Positions 37,618 through 46,338 of a stretch of 64,000 nucleotides of DNA are shown one piece after another. Made by a program: the position numbers and the translations under genes. The DNA lies in contig CAYZUH010000016.1 of the NCBI GenBank assembly GCA_964481855.1, positions 2,917 through 66,916 of the forward strand. The letters are read 5' to 3'. The notes below the pieces were generated by a model. It saw only the letters and a program-made list of their open reading frames with translations, made no database searches and was not told the DNA's origin. Each line of letters begins with the position of its first letter. Position 1 is the stretch's first letter. Origin of the DNA: an uncultured Marinilabiliaceae bacterium. GTDB taxonomy: Bacteria > Bacteroidota > Bacteroidia > Bacteroidales > Marinilabiliaceae.

Positions 37618-39303
37618 TCACTTACCGACAGGCACGTCCACCCCCGCGGGCGAGAGGCCGGGGCCGCCACCAGCCGTGTAGCCTCGGCTCTCGCCCGACG
37701 GCCAGGGGGAGACCCAAAAGGAGTAGAGGTCGCCGTCGGAGACATGGAAACGCAAGCACACCGCCCGCCCGGCAAGATTGCCTATCGACGCGCCGCGCCA
37801 CCGGACTTCGGCCATGGTGGAGTTGACGTCGGCCAGGGCCTCGCAGTCGGCAACGGAGAAGCCGTCCACCGGGCCGCCGTCACGGTCGAGAGCCTCCACG
37901 GCCAACCGCCGAGCCGAGGCGTTGACGAAGAGGCGGGAACCGTCGAAAGTGAGCGGCCCGGTGGTAAGCGTCCCCTCCCCCTCGGCGCGCATGGAGGCGA
38001 AACCGTCGCGGCGGAGCACGGCAAGACCTGTGGAGGCCTCCTCAATCCCGCGCGACAACAACCGACGCCCACTGACATAGAAATAGAGTTCGTCGCCGAC
38101 AACGATTGGAGAGCCCACGGCCGACTGCACGTTGCCGTCGTTCCACGCCGCGGCATCGCCCGCAACGGGCAGGAATGGCGTCATGTCCTCGCGGTGCCAC
38201 GAGTAGCCGTCGCGACTATATCCGACCATGACCTGGTTCCTCTTGATGGCCCCATCGGCGGCGCACACGTCGTTCTCCGGCCCCTGCCACACCGTAAAAA
38301 AGCCCAGCATGACGCTCTCGTAGGGCATGGCGTCGAGGTTGTAGATGCCAGGCGAGCCGTCGTCGTTGTCATATCGGGGGTGCGTCTGCTCGTCGGGCCA
38401 CGGGCCGAACCAAAAGTTCCGCAACGACGCTTCCGCCGCCCTGTTGCCATTGTCGGGGTTTGCGCCCTCGGCGTAGTCTCGCGCCCTTATGGTATAGGGG
38501 TCATCACCCCTCAGCCTCACATTGTGGCGCATGGACCATACCCACACATTGCGGAACGGATTCTTGAAGACCGTGGAGCGGTCGGCGACGGACTTGGAGG
38601 GCGCCCCCTCGTCGCGCCACCGCTTGCCGTCGGCCGACGTGAGGAAGACATACCTCCAATTGCCCTTGCCCCCCGCCACCTCGAACATCTTGAACCGCCT
38701 GGCGGCACTTGTCTCCTGCTTGTCGAGCCACACCGTGGAGGCGTCGCGGAGCGAACCTCTGCGGACAATGTTCGTGCCGTCGCCCACGTCGGGCTTGACC
38801 CACTGCACGCCGTCGACGGACTCGGCGTAGCAAGTGGCGTCGCCGCCGGCCATGTACCACATCTTGAACATCCCGTCGGCCTCGTCGAACCACACGCCGT
38901 CGGAGAAAGGCGCCGCGAAACCACCCCCATCGGCCCTGGCCTCCCACACCCGGTCGGGCCTCACGACGGGGTTTTGAGCATGATAGGCGGGATAGTGCCA
39001 TTGGCGACGAAGGGTTGTCTCCCGCACCAGAAAATCGTCGACAAAGAGCTGACGGCCCACATCGACTCTTATCGTCTCCGGCTTCGTCGTCAGGTAGCTG
39101 GGCGACATCCCGCTCCTTATGCAAGACGCATAGTCGCGACGCGGCGGCCACTGCCTCGGCAGGACGATGCCGTTGTAGAGGACGCCGCCATCCGCAACCG
39201 CCACGGTGTCGCCCGCACCGGGCGACATGGGATCGGGCGGCGCCGCATCCCCGCACGACAGAAAGAGCAAAGCGCCCGCCAAGGCCACAAGACGCACGGG
39301 CAT
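37618..39303 (-). CDS. Lipoprotein, five-bladed beta-propeller glycoside-hydrolase-like (paralog A), family unassigned
   Basis: Start trimmed to MPVRLVALAGALLFLSCG (lipobox). Contains NGIVLPRQWPP, VGRQLFVDDFL, NPVV..WE, PFSDGVWFDEADGMFKMWY, GYSRDGYSW, LYFYVSGR and LRRDGFASM, plus a C-terminal beta-sandwich-like region ending LYSFWVSPWPSGESRGYTAGGGPGLSPAGVDVP. Confidence 0.6.
   Translation of the reverse strand: MPVRLVALAGALLFLSCGDAAPPDPMSPGAGDTVAVADGGVLYNGIVLPRQWPPRRDYASCIRSGMSPSYLTTKPETIRVDVGRQLFVDDFLVRETTLRRQWHYPAYHAQNPVVRPDRVWEARADGGGFAAPFSDGVWFDEADGMFKMWYMAGGDATCYAESVDGVQWVKPDVGDGTNIVRRGSLRDASTVWLDKQETSAARRFKMFEVAGGKGNWRYVFLTSADGKRWRDEGAPSKSVADRSTVFKNPFRNVWVWSMRHNVRLRGDDPYTIRARDYAEGANPDNGNRAAEASLRNFWFGPWPDEQTHPRYDNDDGSPGIYNLDAMPYESVMLGFFTVWQGPENDVCAADGAIKRNQVMVGYSRDGYSWHREDMTPFLPVAGDAAAWNDGNVQSAVGSPIVVGDELYFYVSGRRLLSRGIEEASTGLAVLRRDGFASMRAEGEGTLTTGPLTFDGSRLFVNASARRLAVEALDRDGGPVDGFSVADCEALADVNSTMAEVRWRGASIGNLAGRAVCLRFHVSDGDLYSFWVSPWPSGESRGYTAGGGPGLSPAGVDVPVGK
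37631..38026. repeat. Roughly 92% identical segment shared with 40871-41266 (3' ends of paralogs A and C)
   Basis: By-eye alignment of 396 nt with no indels and about 33 mismatches. The remainder of the two genes is only about 50% identical at protein level. Confidence 0.8.
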
Positions 39304-39307
39304 GAGG

Positions 39308-40843
39308 CTAATTTTGGACTTGCGGCACGTCGCGCCCCGCGGGCGAGAGGCCCGGCCCGCCACCGGCGGTGTAGCCCCCGCTCTCGCCCGACGGCCACGG
39401 AGAGACCCAGAAAGAGTAGAGGTCGGCGTCGGAGAGGCGGAAACGGAGGCGCACGTTACTCCCCCTCAGCCCGGCAAGCCCCCGGCCTCCCCTCCACGTC
39501 ACCTCGCGCCTCGCGGTGTCCACCCTGCGGACGACGTGGCAGTCTGCCGCGCCAAAGCCAGGAACGGGCGCGCCGCCCTCGTCGAGCACCTCCACGGTGA
39601 GCCATCCGCGGGCGGCATCGACATTGACAAACAGATGGTCGCCGTCGACAACCATCGGGCGGCTCGTCGCAACGCCCTCCGCCGCCCCGGCACGGAGCGA
39701 GACGAACCCATCGCGGCGGAGCATGGCAAGCCCCGTGGCGAAGTTGGAGTCGTGGAGCGGCTTGCTGTTGTGGCGCCCGCTGACATAGAAATAGAGGCTG
39801 TCGCCAACAATGACGGGACAGCCGGCCACCGACTGCACATTGCCGGCGTTCCACGCGTCAAAATCCTCATCGACGGAGAGGAACGGCACCTTAAACTCCC
39901 GACGCCAATGGAACCCGTCGTCGGCCCACCCCACAAGCACCTCGTTGCGTTTCTGAATCTTAAGGCTGTCGCAAGCGTCGTTCTCCGGGCCCTGCCAAAT
40001 GGTGAAGTAGCCCAAGAGCGAACGCTCGTAGGGCATGGCCTCGTGGTTGTATATCTGCGGGCGTATGCCGGGGAAGAGCGGATGGCGCGGGTCGTCGTCC
40101 TCGGCGTTGAACCAGTAGCGGATGAACTTGTCGCTCCGGTTGTCGTAGACGCGGTGCGCGAGGCTGACAATCAGCTCGGGGTCGCCGCCCGCGAGATAGG
40201 CCCGCGAGCGGCGGAAGAGCTTGCCGTTGATGGTCTTGAGGCTGAGGACGTAGTGGCGGCGGAAAGGGTCGTAGTATGCCGCGCAACGGTCGTAGAGCTC
40301 GCCCGACAGGGCCCGGGTCTCGCCCCAATGGACTCCGTCGGGCGAGTAGCGCAGGTGCATGCTGACGGTGGCCCGGCGGTTGAACTGGACGCAGAACATC
40401 TTGTAGCGCCGCTCGGGGTCGGCCTCGAACTTGTCGAGAATGACGGAGACGCAATCGTGCTCGGCCGTATCGACAATGTTGGTGCCGGGGACGACATCGA
40501 GCGCGGGACGCGTCCACCGTTTGCCGTCGTCGCTCTCGGCGTAGCACGTCACCAGCCCGTCGGCCTTGCCCCCGCCCGCCGAGTACCACATCTTGAACTT
40601 CCGCGCCGCCTCGTCATACCACACGCCTCCAGAGAACGGGGCGGCATAGGGGTCGCCGTTGGCGTTGAACTCCCACGGCCTTTCGGCCTCCAGGACAGGG
40701 TTTTGCGCATAGTAGACCGGCGCATGGAATTGGCGCGAGACATTTCGGCAACTGTCGAAGTCGGAATAGGCCACAAGATGACGCCCCTGCTGCGCAAAAA
40801 CGGGCGAGGCCAGGAGGGCCGCCCAAAGAAGAGCCGGCCTCAT
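39308..40843 (-). CDS. Secreted five-bladed beta-propeller glycoside-hydrolase-like protein (paralog B, lacks the N-terminal NGI.LP.QWPP module)
   Basis: Start trimmed to MRPALLWAALLASPVFAQQ (SPase I type). Same core motifs (NPVLEAERPWE, PFSGGVWYDEAARKFKMWY, LRRDGFVSL, LYSFWVSPWPSGESGGYTAGGGPGLSPAG). The first 149 codons of the track ORF overlap gene C and are discarded. Its ATG overlaps the stop of C (ATGA). Confidence 0.6.
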   Translation of the reverse strand: MRPALLWAALLASPVFAQQGRHLVAYSDFDSCRNVSRQFHAPVYYAQNPVLEAERPWEFNANGDPYAAPFSGGVWYDEAARKFKMWYSAGGGKADGLVTCYAESDDGKRWTRPALDVVPGTNIVDTAEHDCVSVILDKFEADPERRYKMFCVQFNRRATVSMHLRYSPDGVHWGETRALSGELYDRCAAYYDPFRRHYVLSLKTINGKLFRRSRAYLAGGDPELIVSLAHRVYDNRSDKFIRYWFNAEDDDPRHPLFPGIRPQIYNHEAMPYERSLLGYFTIWQGPENDACDSLKIQKRNEVLVGWADDGFHWRREFKVPFLSVDEDFDAWNAGNVQSVAGCPVIVGDSLYFYVSGRHNSKPLHDSNFATGLAMLRRDGFVSLRAGAAEGVATSRPMVVDGDHLFVNVDAARGWLTVEVLDEGGAPVPGFGAADCHVVRRVDTARREVTWRGGRGLAGLRGSNVRLRFRLSDADLYSFWVSPWPSGESGGYTAGGGPGLSPAGRDVPQVQN

Positions 40844-42546
40844 CTCGACGTCTCGTTCTGCGCCCCGCAAGGCACGTCCACACCCGCGGGCGAGAGGCCG
40901 GGGCCGCCGCCCGCCGTGTATCCGCGGCTCTCGCCCGACGGCCAGGGGGAGACCCAAAAGGAATAGAGGTCGCCGTCGGAGACGTGGAAACGCAAGCGCA
41001 CCACACGCCCGGCAAGTTTGCCTATCGACGCGCCGCGCCACCGGACCTCGACCCTGGTGGAGTTGGCATCGGCCAGGGCCTCGCAGTCGGCAACGGAGAA
41101 GCCGTCCACCGGCCTGCCGTCGCGGTCGAGAGCCTCCACGGCCAACCGCCGCGCCGAGACGTTGACGAAGAGGTGGGAGCCGTCGAAAGTGAGCGGCTCG
41201 GTGGTGAGAACCCCATCGCCATCGGCGCGCATGGAGGCGAAACCGTCGCGGCGGAGCATGGCAAGCCCCGTGGAGGTGTAGCTGTCCCACATGACGGAAT
41301 TGAGGCGGCGGCCGCTACAGTAGAAGTAGAGCGAATCGCCGACAATGACAGGCACTCCCCCGACAGACTGCATATTGCCCCAGTTCCACGCCCCGTCTAT
41401 GGGGTTGTTGGCCAGGAACGGCTCGTGGCCGGGGCGCGAGAAGTGGAAGCCGTCGCGGCTGAAGCCAAGGCATATCTCGTTGCGCTTCTGGATTCCGAGG
41501 TCGGCGCAGACATTGTTCTCCGGCCCCTCCCAGACGGAATATTGCCCGACGAAGAGGCTCTCGTAGGCTATGGCGTCGAAGTTGTATATCCCGGGCTCCA
41601 CATCGGGGAACTGCGGGTGGCGCGGCTCCTCGTCGTCGGGCGTGAACCAGAAGACGACGTTCTTGTCGGGGACGCCCGCCCTGACGCGGTGAGCCATGGA
41701 GACGGCCGTCTCGGGGTCCGCCGCCTCAAGGTAGCCGCGCGAGCGCGACGAGATGGGCGTGGAGTGGCGCATGGAGAGGCACCAGACGCGCCGGAAAGGG
41801 TTGTAGAAGACCGACGACCTGTCATAGAGGTCGCCCGACTGCGCCACCCCCCCCGCCCAACGGATTCCGTCGGGCGAATATTTGAGGATGAACTGCCACC
41901 GTCGGTCTGACGGGCGCCGCTCGACGTTGAACATCTTGAACCTCTTGGCCGGGTCCGCCTCCTGCCTGTCGAGCCACACCGTGGCGGCGTCGCGGTTGCA
42001 GGTGTCGACGACAGCCGTGCCGGGCAAGACCCCGACAGCCGGCTTGCGCCACGTCTTGCCGTCGGGACTCTCGGCGTAGCAGGTGTAGAACGTCTGGCTA
42101 TCCTCCTTGTGTAGCGTCCCGGCCCCGGCTAGATACCACATCTTGAATTTGCCATCGGCCTCGTCGAACCACACGCCGTCGGAGAACGGGGCGGCATATG
42201 GGGCGCCCTCGGTGGTCTTCTCCCACTCCTCGGTAGGCTCCAGGACGGGGTTGGCGGCATAGAGGTCGGGCTTGTGGAAGACGCGCGCCATGTCGGTCCC
42301 GTCAATAAGGAAGTCGTCGACGAAGAGCTGGCGACCCACGTTGACGGGAATGACCTCGGGCTTCTTGTCGAGATAGGGCACGGGCATGGCCCGCCTCACG
42401 GCCGGGACGTCGTAGCGCGGGGGCCACTGGTCGGGGAGGCGTATGCCGTTGTGGAGGATGTTGCCGTCGTCCGTCGGCGCATTGCCGCAACCTGCCAGGA
42501 GGGCGGCTAGGCAGAGGAAGGAGACGGGGGCGTCGAAGTGTCGCAT
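40840..42546 (-). CDS. Lipoprotein, five-bladed beta-propeller glycoside-hydrolase-like (paralog C)
   Basis: ATG at 42546 gives MRHFDAPVSFLCLAALLAGC (lipobox); the track start at 42579 is TTG. Same motif set as A and D. Confidence 0.6.
   Translation of the reverse strand: MRHFDAPVSFLCLAALLAGCGNAPTDDGNILHNGIRLPDQWPPRYDVPAVRRAMPVPYLDKKPEVIPVNVGRQLFVDDFLIDGTDMARVFHKPDLYAANPVLEPTEEWEKTTEGAPYAAPFSDGVWFDEADGKFKMWYLAGAGTLHKEDSQTFYTCYAESPDGKTWRKPAVGVLPGTAVVDTCNRDAATVWLDRQEADPAKRFKMFNVERRPSDRRWQFILKYSPDGIRWAGGVAQSGDLYDRSSVFYNPFRRVWCLSMRHSTPISSRSRGYLEAADPETAVSMAHRVRAGVPDKNVVFWFTPDDEEPRHPQFPDVEPGIYNFDAIAYESLFVGQYSVWEGPENNVCADLGIQKRNEICLGFSRDGFHFSRPGHEPFLANNPIDGAWNWGNMQSVGGVPVIVGDSLYFYCSGRRLNSVMWDSYTSTGLAMLRRDGFASMRADGDGVLTTEPLTFDGSHLFVNVSARRLAVEALDRDGRPVDGFSVADCEALADANSTRVEVRWRGASIGKLAGRVVRLRFHVSDGDLYSFWVSPWPSGESRGYTAGGGPGLSPAGVDVPCGAQNETSR
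40871..41266. repeat. Roughly 92% identical segment shared with 37631-38026
   Basis: See the partner entry. The offset is exactly 3240 nt at both ends. Confidence 0.8.
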
Positions 42547-42663
42547 AGGTGTTTCTGTCTTTATGGTTTGTTTACGCAATATGTCATACGGGCAGGTGTT
42601 TTTTCTCCTAGGGCTCGCGCCCTAGGCCGCCTTATGTCGCCCCGTTGGGGCTGGCGGGGAGAG

Positions 42664-43746
42664 TCAAGGCGCGTCTTGCGAATCTTGCCGATTGAGTTCA
42701 AGGCGGAGAGCCTCAATCTCCTTTTGCTGACGGATGACGTGCAGGGTCAGCTCCTCAATCTTCTGCAGGAGGGCCTTGTTCATCTCGTGCTGCGAATAGC
42801 CGTCGGAGCGGACCTCGGCCTCGGACGGCACATCGGGGAGGTGGCCGTTCTCGCCCACGAATCGCTCCACCTCGTCGAGCGGCATGAGCTCGTAGCCGTC
42901 GGCGAAGACGAAATCGGACCATGAGTTGACGGGGGCGATGGCGTAGTCGGCCGAGAGTACCCCCTTGCGGCAGAAGACGTTATATTTCAGCTTGAGGGGG
43001 TCGCTTATGGCGGCGGCCCCATCGCGGTCGAAGCCCAGGAAGATGTTCTGGCCGTTGCCTATGTAGAGAGCCGTGCCGCTGTTGGCGCCAATCTCCAGCC
43101 CGTGGTTGGTGATTGTCCCCAGCCACGCGGCGGTGCGCCCCTCGTTGGTCCCCACGGAGGTCGTGATGTTGCTCTCGGTCACGGTGAGCGCCCCGCCCCT
43201 CTGCACGAAAGGCAACCGCGACTCGATGTGGCTGCCGGCCACCAGGAACGACGGGTTGTCGTCCGTCCCGCCGCCGCCATTGCCCCACAGGGCAATCCCC
43301 CCATAGGAGTTGAGGCGCAGCCACTTCTGCATCTGGCACGAGAGGATTACGTCGCCCTGCCGGCCGTAGCCGTAGTAGGAATCTATGCTGCCCGAAGCCG
43401 AGAGGTCTGTCATGACATATCGGTAGGCCACGAGCGAGCCGTGCGTCCCCGCCGCGGCGTCGGCAATGGCGTTGAGGTTGCCGTTGACGAAGCCGACGTT
43501 CTGCGACGCCGTGACCGGGTCGGTGGGCTTCCAGAGGAGCCAGCGCCCCTCGCTGTTGACAGCGCCCCGGAACTTGTCGGCTGTCGTGAACTGTATGCCG
43601 GTGAACGGGTAGGCCAGGGCCGAGTTGGCAATCCATTCGGGCTTGCCGGCCTGTCCGCTGCCGCGCCACATGTGGTAGTAGGTCTGGGCGGGGGCGGAGA
43701 GGGAACCAGCGCAAAGGCAAACAGACAAAAAGAATATCCTATTCAT
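42664..43746 (-). CDS. Secreted hypothetical protein with C-terminal coiled coil (tail-fibre-like C-terminal module)
   Basis: Preferred start MNRIFFLSVCLCAGSLSAPAQ at 43746; an ATG alternative lies at 43782. The C-terminus reads WSDFVFADGYELMPLDEVERFVGENGHLPDVPSEAEV...EMNKALLQKIEELTLHVIRQQKEIEALRLEL. I know this motif from Bacteroidota surface/tail-fibre-like hypothetical proteins; no family is assigned. Confidence 0.5.
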   Translation of the reverse strand: MNRIFFLSVCLCAGSLSAPAQTYYHMWRGSGQAGKPEWIANSALAYPFTGIQFTTADKFRGAVNSEGRWLLWKPTDPVTASQNVGFVNGNLNAIADAAAGTHGSLVAYRYVMTDLSASGSIDSYYGYGRQGDVILSCQMQKWLRLNSYGGIALWGNGGGGTDDNPSFLVAGSHIESRLPFVQRGGALTVTESNITTSVGTNEGRTAAWLGTITNHGLEIGANSGTALYIGNGQNIFLGFDRDGAAAISDPLKLKYNVFCRKGVLSADYAIAPVNSWSDFVFADGYELMPLDEVERFVGENGHLPDVPSEAEVRSDGYSQHEMNKALLQKIEELTLHVIRQQKEIEALRLELNRQDSQDAP

Positions 43747-43771
43747 AACTGAAAATATAATGCGCAACGTT

Positions 43772-46197
43772 CTACAATCCATCTGAAACTTCCACCGAGT
43801 CTATGCTCCCCATGAACCGTTGGCCACATTTCGAGTCGTACGCGCCAACAGTTATCTTGTCCATTCCCGCAACGAACGACGCGAACTGGAGGAATGCGAA
43901 AGCCCGAGCATTGGCCTTGTCGGCATCGGTCGGCACCTCGCGCTTCCAATCCCACAAGATTGCCTGAGGTTTCACCTCCTCAAATTTCAGTTCCGGGCAA
44001 CGAACCCTCAGCGCCGCCACTGCTTCCGCATCCTCGTCTTGACCACTCTTCAAGACTTCCAACGAGACCTCCACCTGCCGCCCCGCAAAAACTTTCCCTT
44101 GGGGCGGAGCAACACTCATCGAGGAAAACTCCACCCCATGCACCGTCATCTTCAAGAGAAACTCACCGTCGGACGTATAGTATAGCGCAATGTCGTTCTC
44201 GGCGTCACCGTGAAATCGCAGAATGGTCTGCAAGGCACCCCTGTACGTTTTGGGAGTGCAGAGACCACCTTAGCCACCCCCTGCATCAAGTTTGTCGGCT
44301 CGTAAGAATTCTGCGCAACCCGCCTGTTTGAAAACACCTCCGTATGGCACGGCATCTCCTTTGGGCTTGGCACAAATCTCCATCTCGTCCGCGGCTTATA
44401 GTCGTTGGCCGCCCTAGTGTCGAGAATATAGTCGGCCCCCGATGCCCTCTTGAATTGCAACCCATGGAACGTCGAGTTTCTAACCTTGGCCTCAAGGACC
44501 ACGGGCACTGCCGACAAATCGTCTTTCACCGATATGACTTCTCGTCTTGCCTCAGCCACCGACTTCATGTATTCAAACAGCAAGGCCTTGCCGTGGTGGT
44601 CTTTTCCGTCGAAGTTCCCAACGCTCTCGTAGTCGTCGGAGACCATCTCTGTGCCCCTCCGGCTGCTACCCATGCTCGCCGCCAAGAGGCCTCCAATGCC
44701 GCGCGGGCGTGAGGCGTCGTAGGCAAAAACAGACGCCACGACATAGCTGGAGAGGTCCGCGACCGAACGTCCGAGCGGGTCTTGTGTCACATCTGCGAGA
44801 ATCTTGGGCGCGAACTCCGCCCCATGGCGCAAGGCCTCGTAGAGCGACACCTTTAGCATATTGTCGATGCCGCCAGACGTCGGGATTGGCGACGTGAAAA
44901 CCGCCTCCCCGGCACCCGCTTTCAAGCCCGCCCATTTGCCACATTTGCCAAACGCCAACGACACTCCCGCAACTCGCCCTCCGACATGGCGCTGGTTCGA
45001 GGCCACGTAGTAGTACAGCAACTCGTTGGATGAAGACGAGTAGCGGCCGGCAGGAATGGGCTTCCCCATATTAATGCAACCGTGGTCGCCGCCTTGCGGG
45101 TCGGCTCCATTGTCAAGAAAGGGCGAACCCGGCTTGACGTAGAACCAATCTACGCCATTGTTCGAGAACGCCAACTCCGCCCTCTGCCTACTGTCCACGT
45201 CGGTTTCGGCCGTGGAGCCGAACATCGTGGCAATCCCCCACCAAACGTCGGTCTCAAAGCCGTCCATCTGAAAGGGCTGCAGGCTGTAGGGCTCCCACTG
45301 GCGCGTGGAACGGTCCAACGCAACGTCAACATCGAAATCGCCACTAGCCAACGCCGCGCCCAGGCGGGTCACGGTCTCGCGCCTGTAGCGAACCCGCGGG
45401 TCGCCCGACGAGAAAGGCAACACCTCCCCCGGCTTGAGCGACGAGCGTTTGGCATTGAGGCGCAAGAAAAGGTAGAAATCGCCATCGTGCTTCAGATAGC
45501 CCATATGGGTGTCGGCATTGATGAACTTGAAATTATATTCGAGCTGCGCCGACAGCCTGTCCTGCTTCATCTTGGAGAATCCGGTCAAAATGCCGTTGGA
45601 GTCGAACTCCCGCTTCATCTCATACCCGGCTACCAATGTGTTCTGCTTCTCCCTCTGCGGCAGATAGACCAACTTTACAGGCAGGCTGACGCCAAAATCC
45701 AAATCCTCATATATGCCGAGGCTCTCAATATCCACGGCAACGATATTGGTTGGCACGAGCCCCCGCCTGTAGGAGGGCGACAGCTTCAGCTCAACGTCTT
45801 TAGCCTGAGGGTCATACCAATAGAGCCCCGCATCGGGATGCCTCCACGTCGCGGGGTCTGACGTGTTGTTGGTGTAGACCATGACGCCGACCTTGGAATA
45901 GGGCACAGGAGAAGGGAAAAGAAAACAGGAGACGTAGAGCGAGAGACTCCCATCTGGGGCGACCATCACATTCGGCATTCCGTTTCCCAAATTCATCTCC
46001 CAAGGATATTTGTCGGGGTCGGGCGCAATTATGTTTTTGCCCCCATTGTGCTTTGTTGGCGGCACAACAAGCACATCGTCGGCCCCATAAGAGAACAGCG
46101 CAGGGTTTATGGCCGACAGATTTTGTTCTTGTTGCGCCAAGCCCCCAAGGGGCGGGAGCAGAGCGCAAACCGTAGCAAGTATACCACAACTCTTCAT
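43772..46197 (-). pseudogene. Frameshifted paralog of 51565-54036 (beta-propeller-like N-terminal part plus LamG-like C-terminal domain)
   Basis: The 683-aa ORF (44152-46203) and the 153-aa ORF (43772-44233) align end to end with the intact 823-aa paralog. The join ...PKRTGV|QTILRFHGD corresponds to ...QASTGVQTLLRFHGD. A 5-nt insertion (CCTTG on the coding strand, 44231-44235) breaks the frame. ATG at 46197. Confidence 0.75.
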
Positions 46198-46338
46198 CGC
46201 CACACTTCATTTTCCGACCCAAAAAACAGGAGATGGGACGCCCACCGCACCCCAAAGACGGCGGGCAACCAAAATTGGCGTAAGATGGGCGTCCGCATCT
46301 CCACACACTCACTTAACAAGCATCACACACTCAGCAAT

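Noticed and set aside
39308-41290. 660-aa version of paralog B with an Arg-rich 149-aa N-terminal extension
   Set aside because: The extension overlaps the 3' end of paralog C in another frame and is low-complexity. A good signal peptide starts at the ATG at 40843, which forms an ATGA overlap with the stop of C.
42607-42626. Perfect palindrome cctagggc-tcgc-gccctagg between the coiled-coil gene and propeller C as a terminator
   Set aside because: On the minus strand it is followed by an A-run rather than a U-run, and the flanking genes look co-transcribed. I kept it only as a possible RNA processing or stability element.
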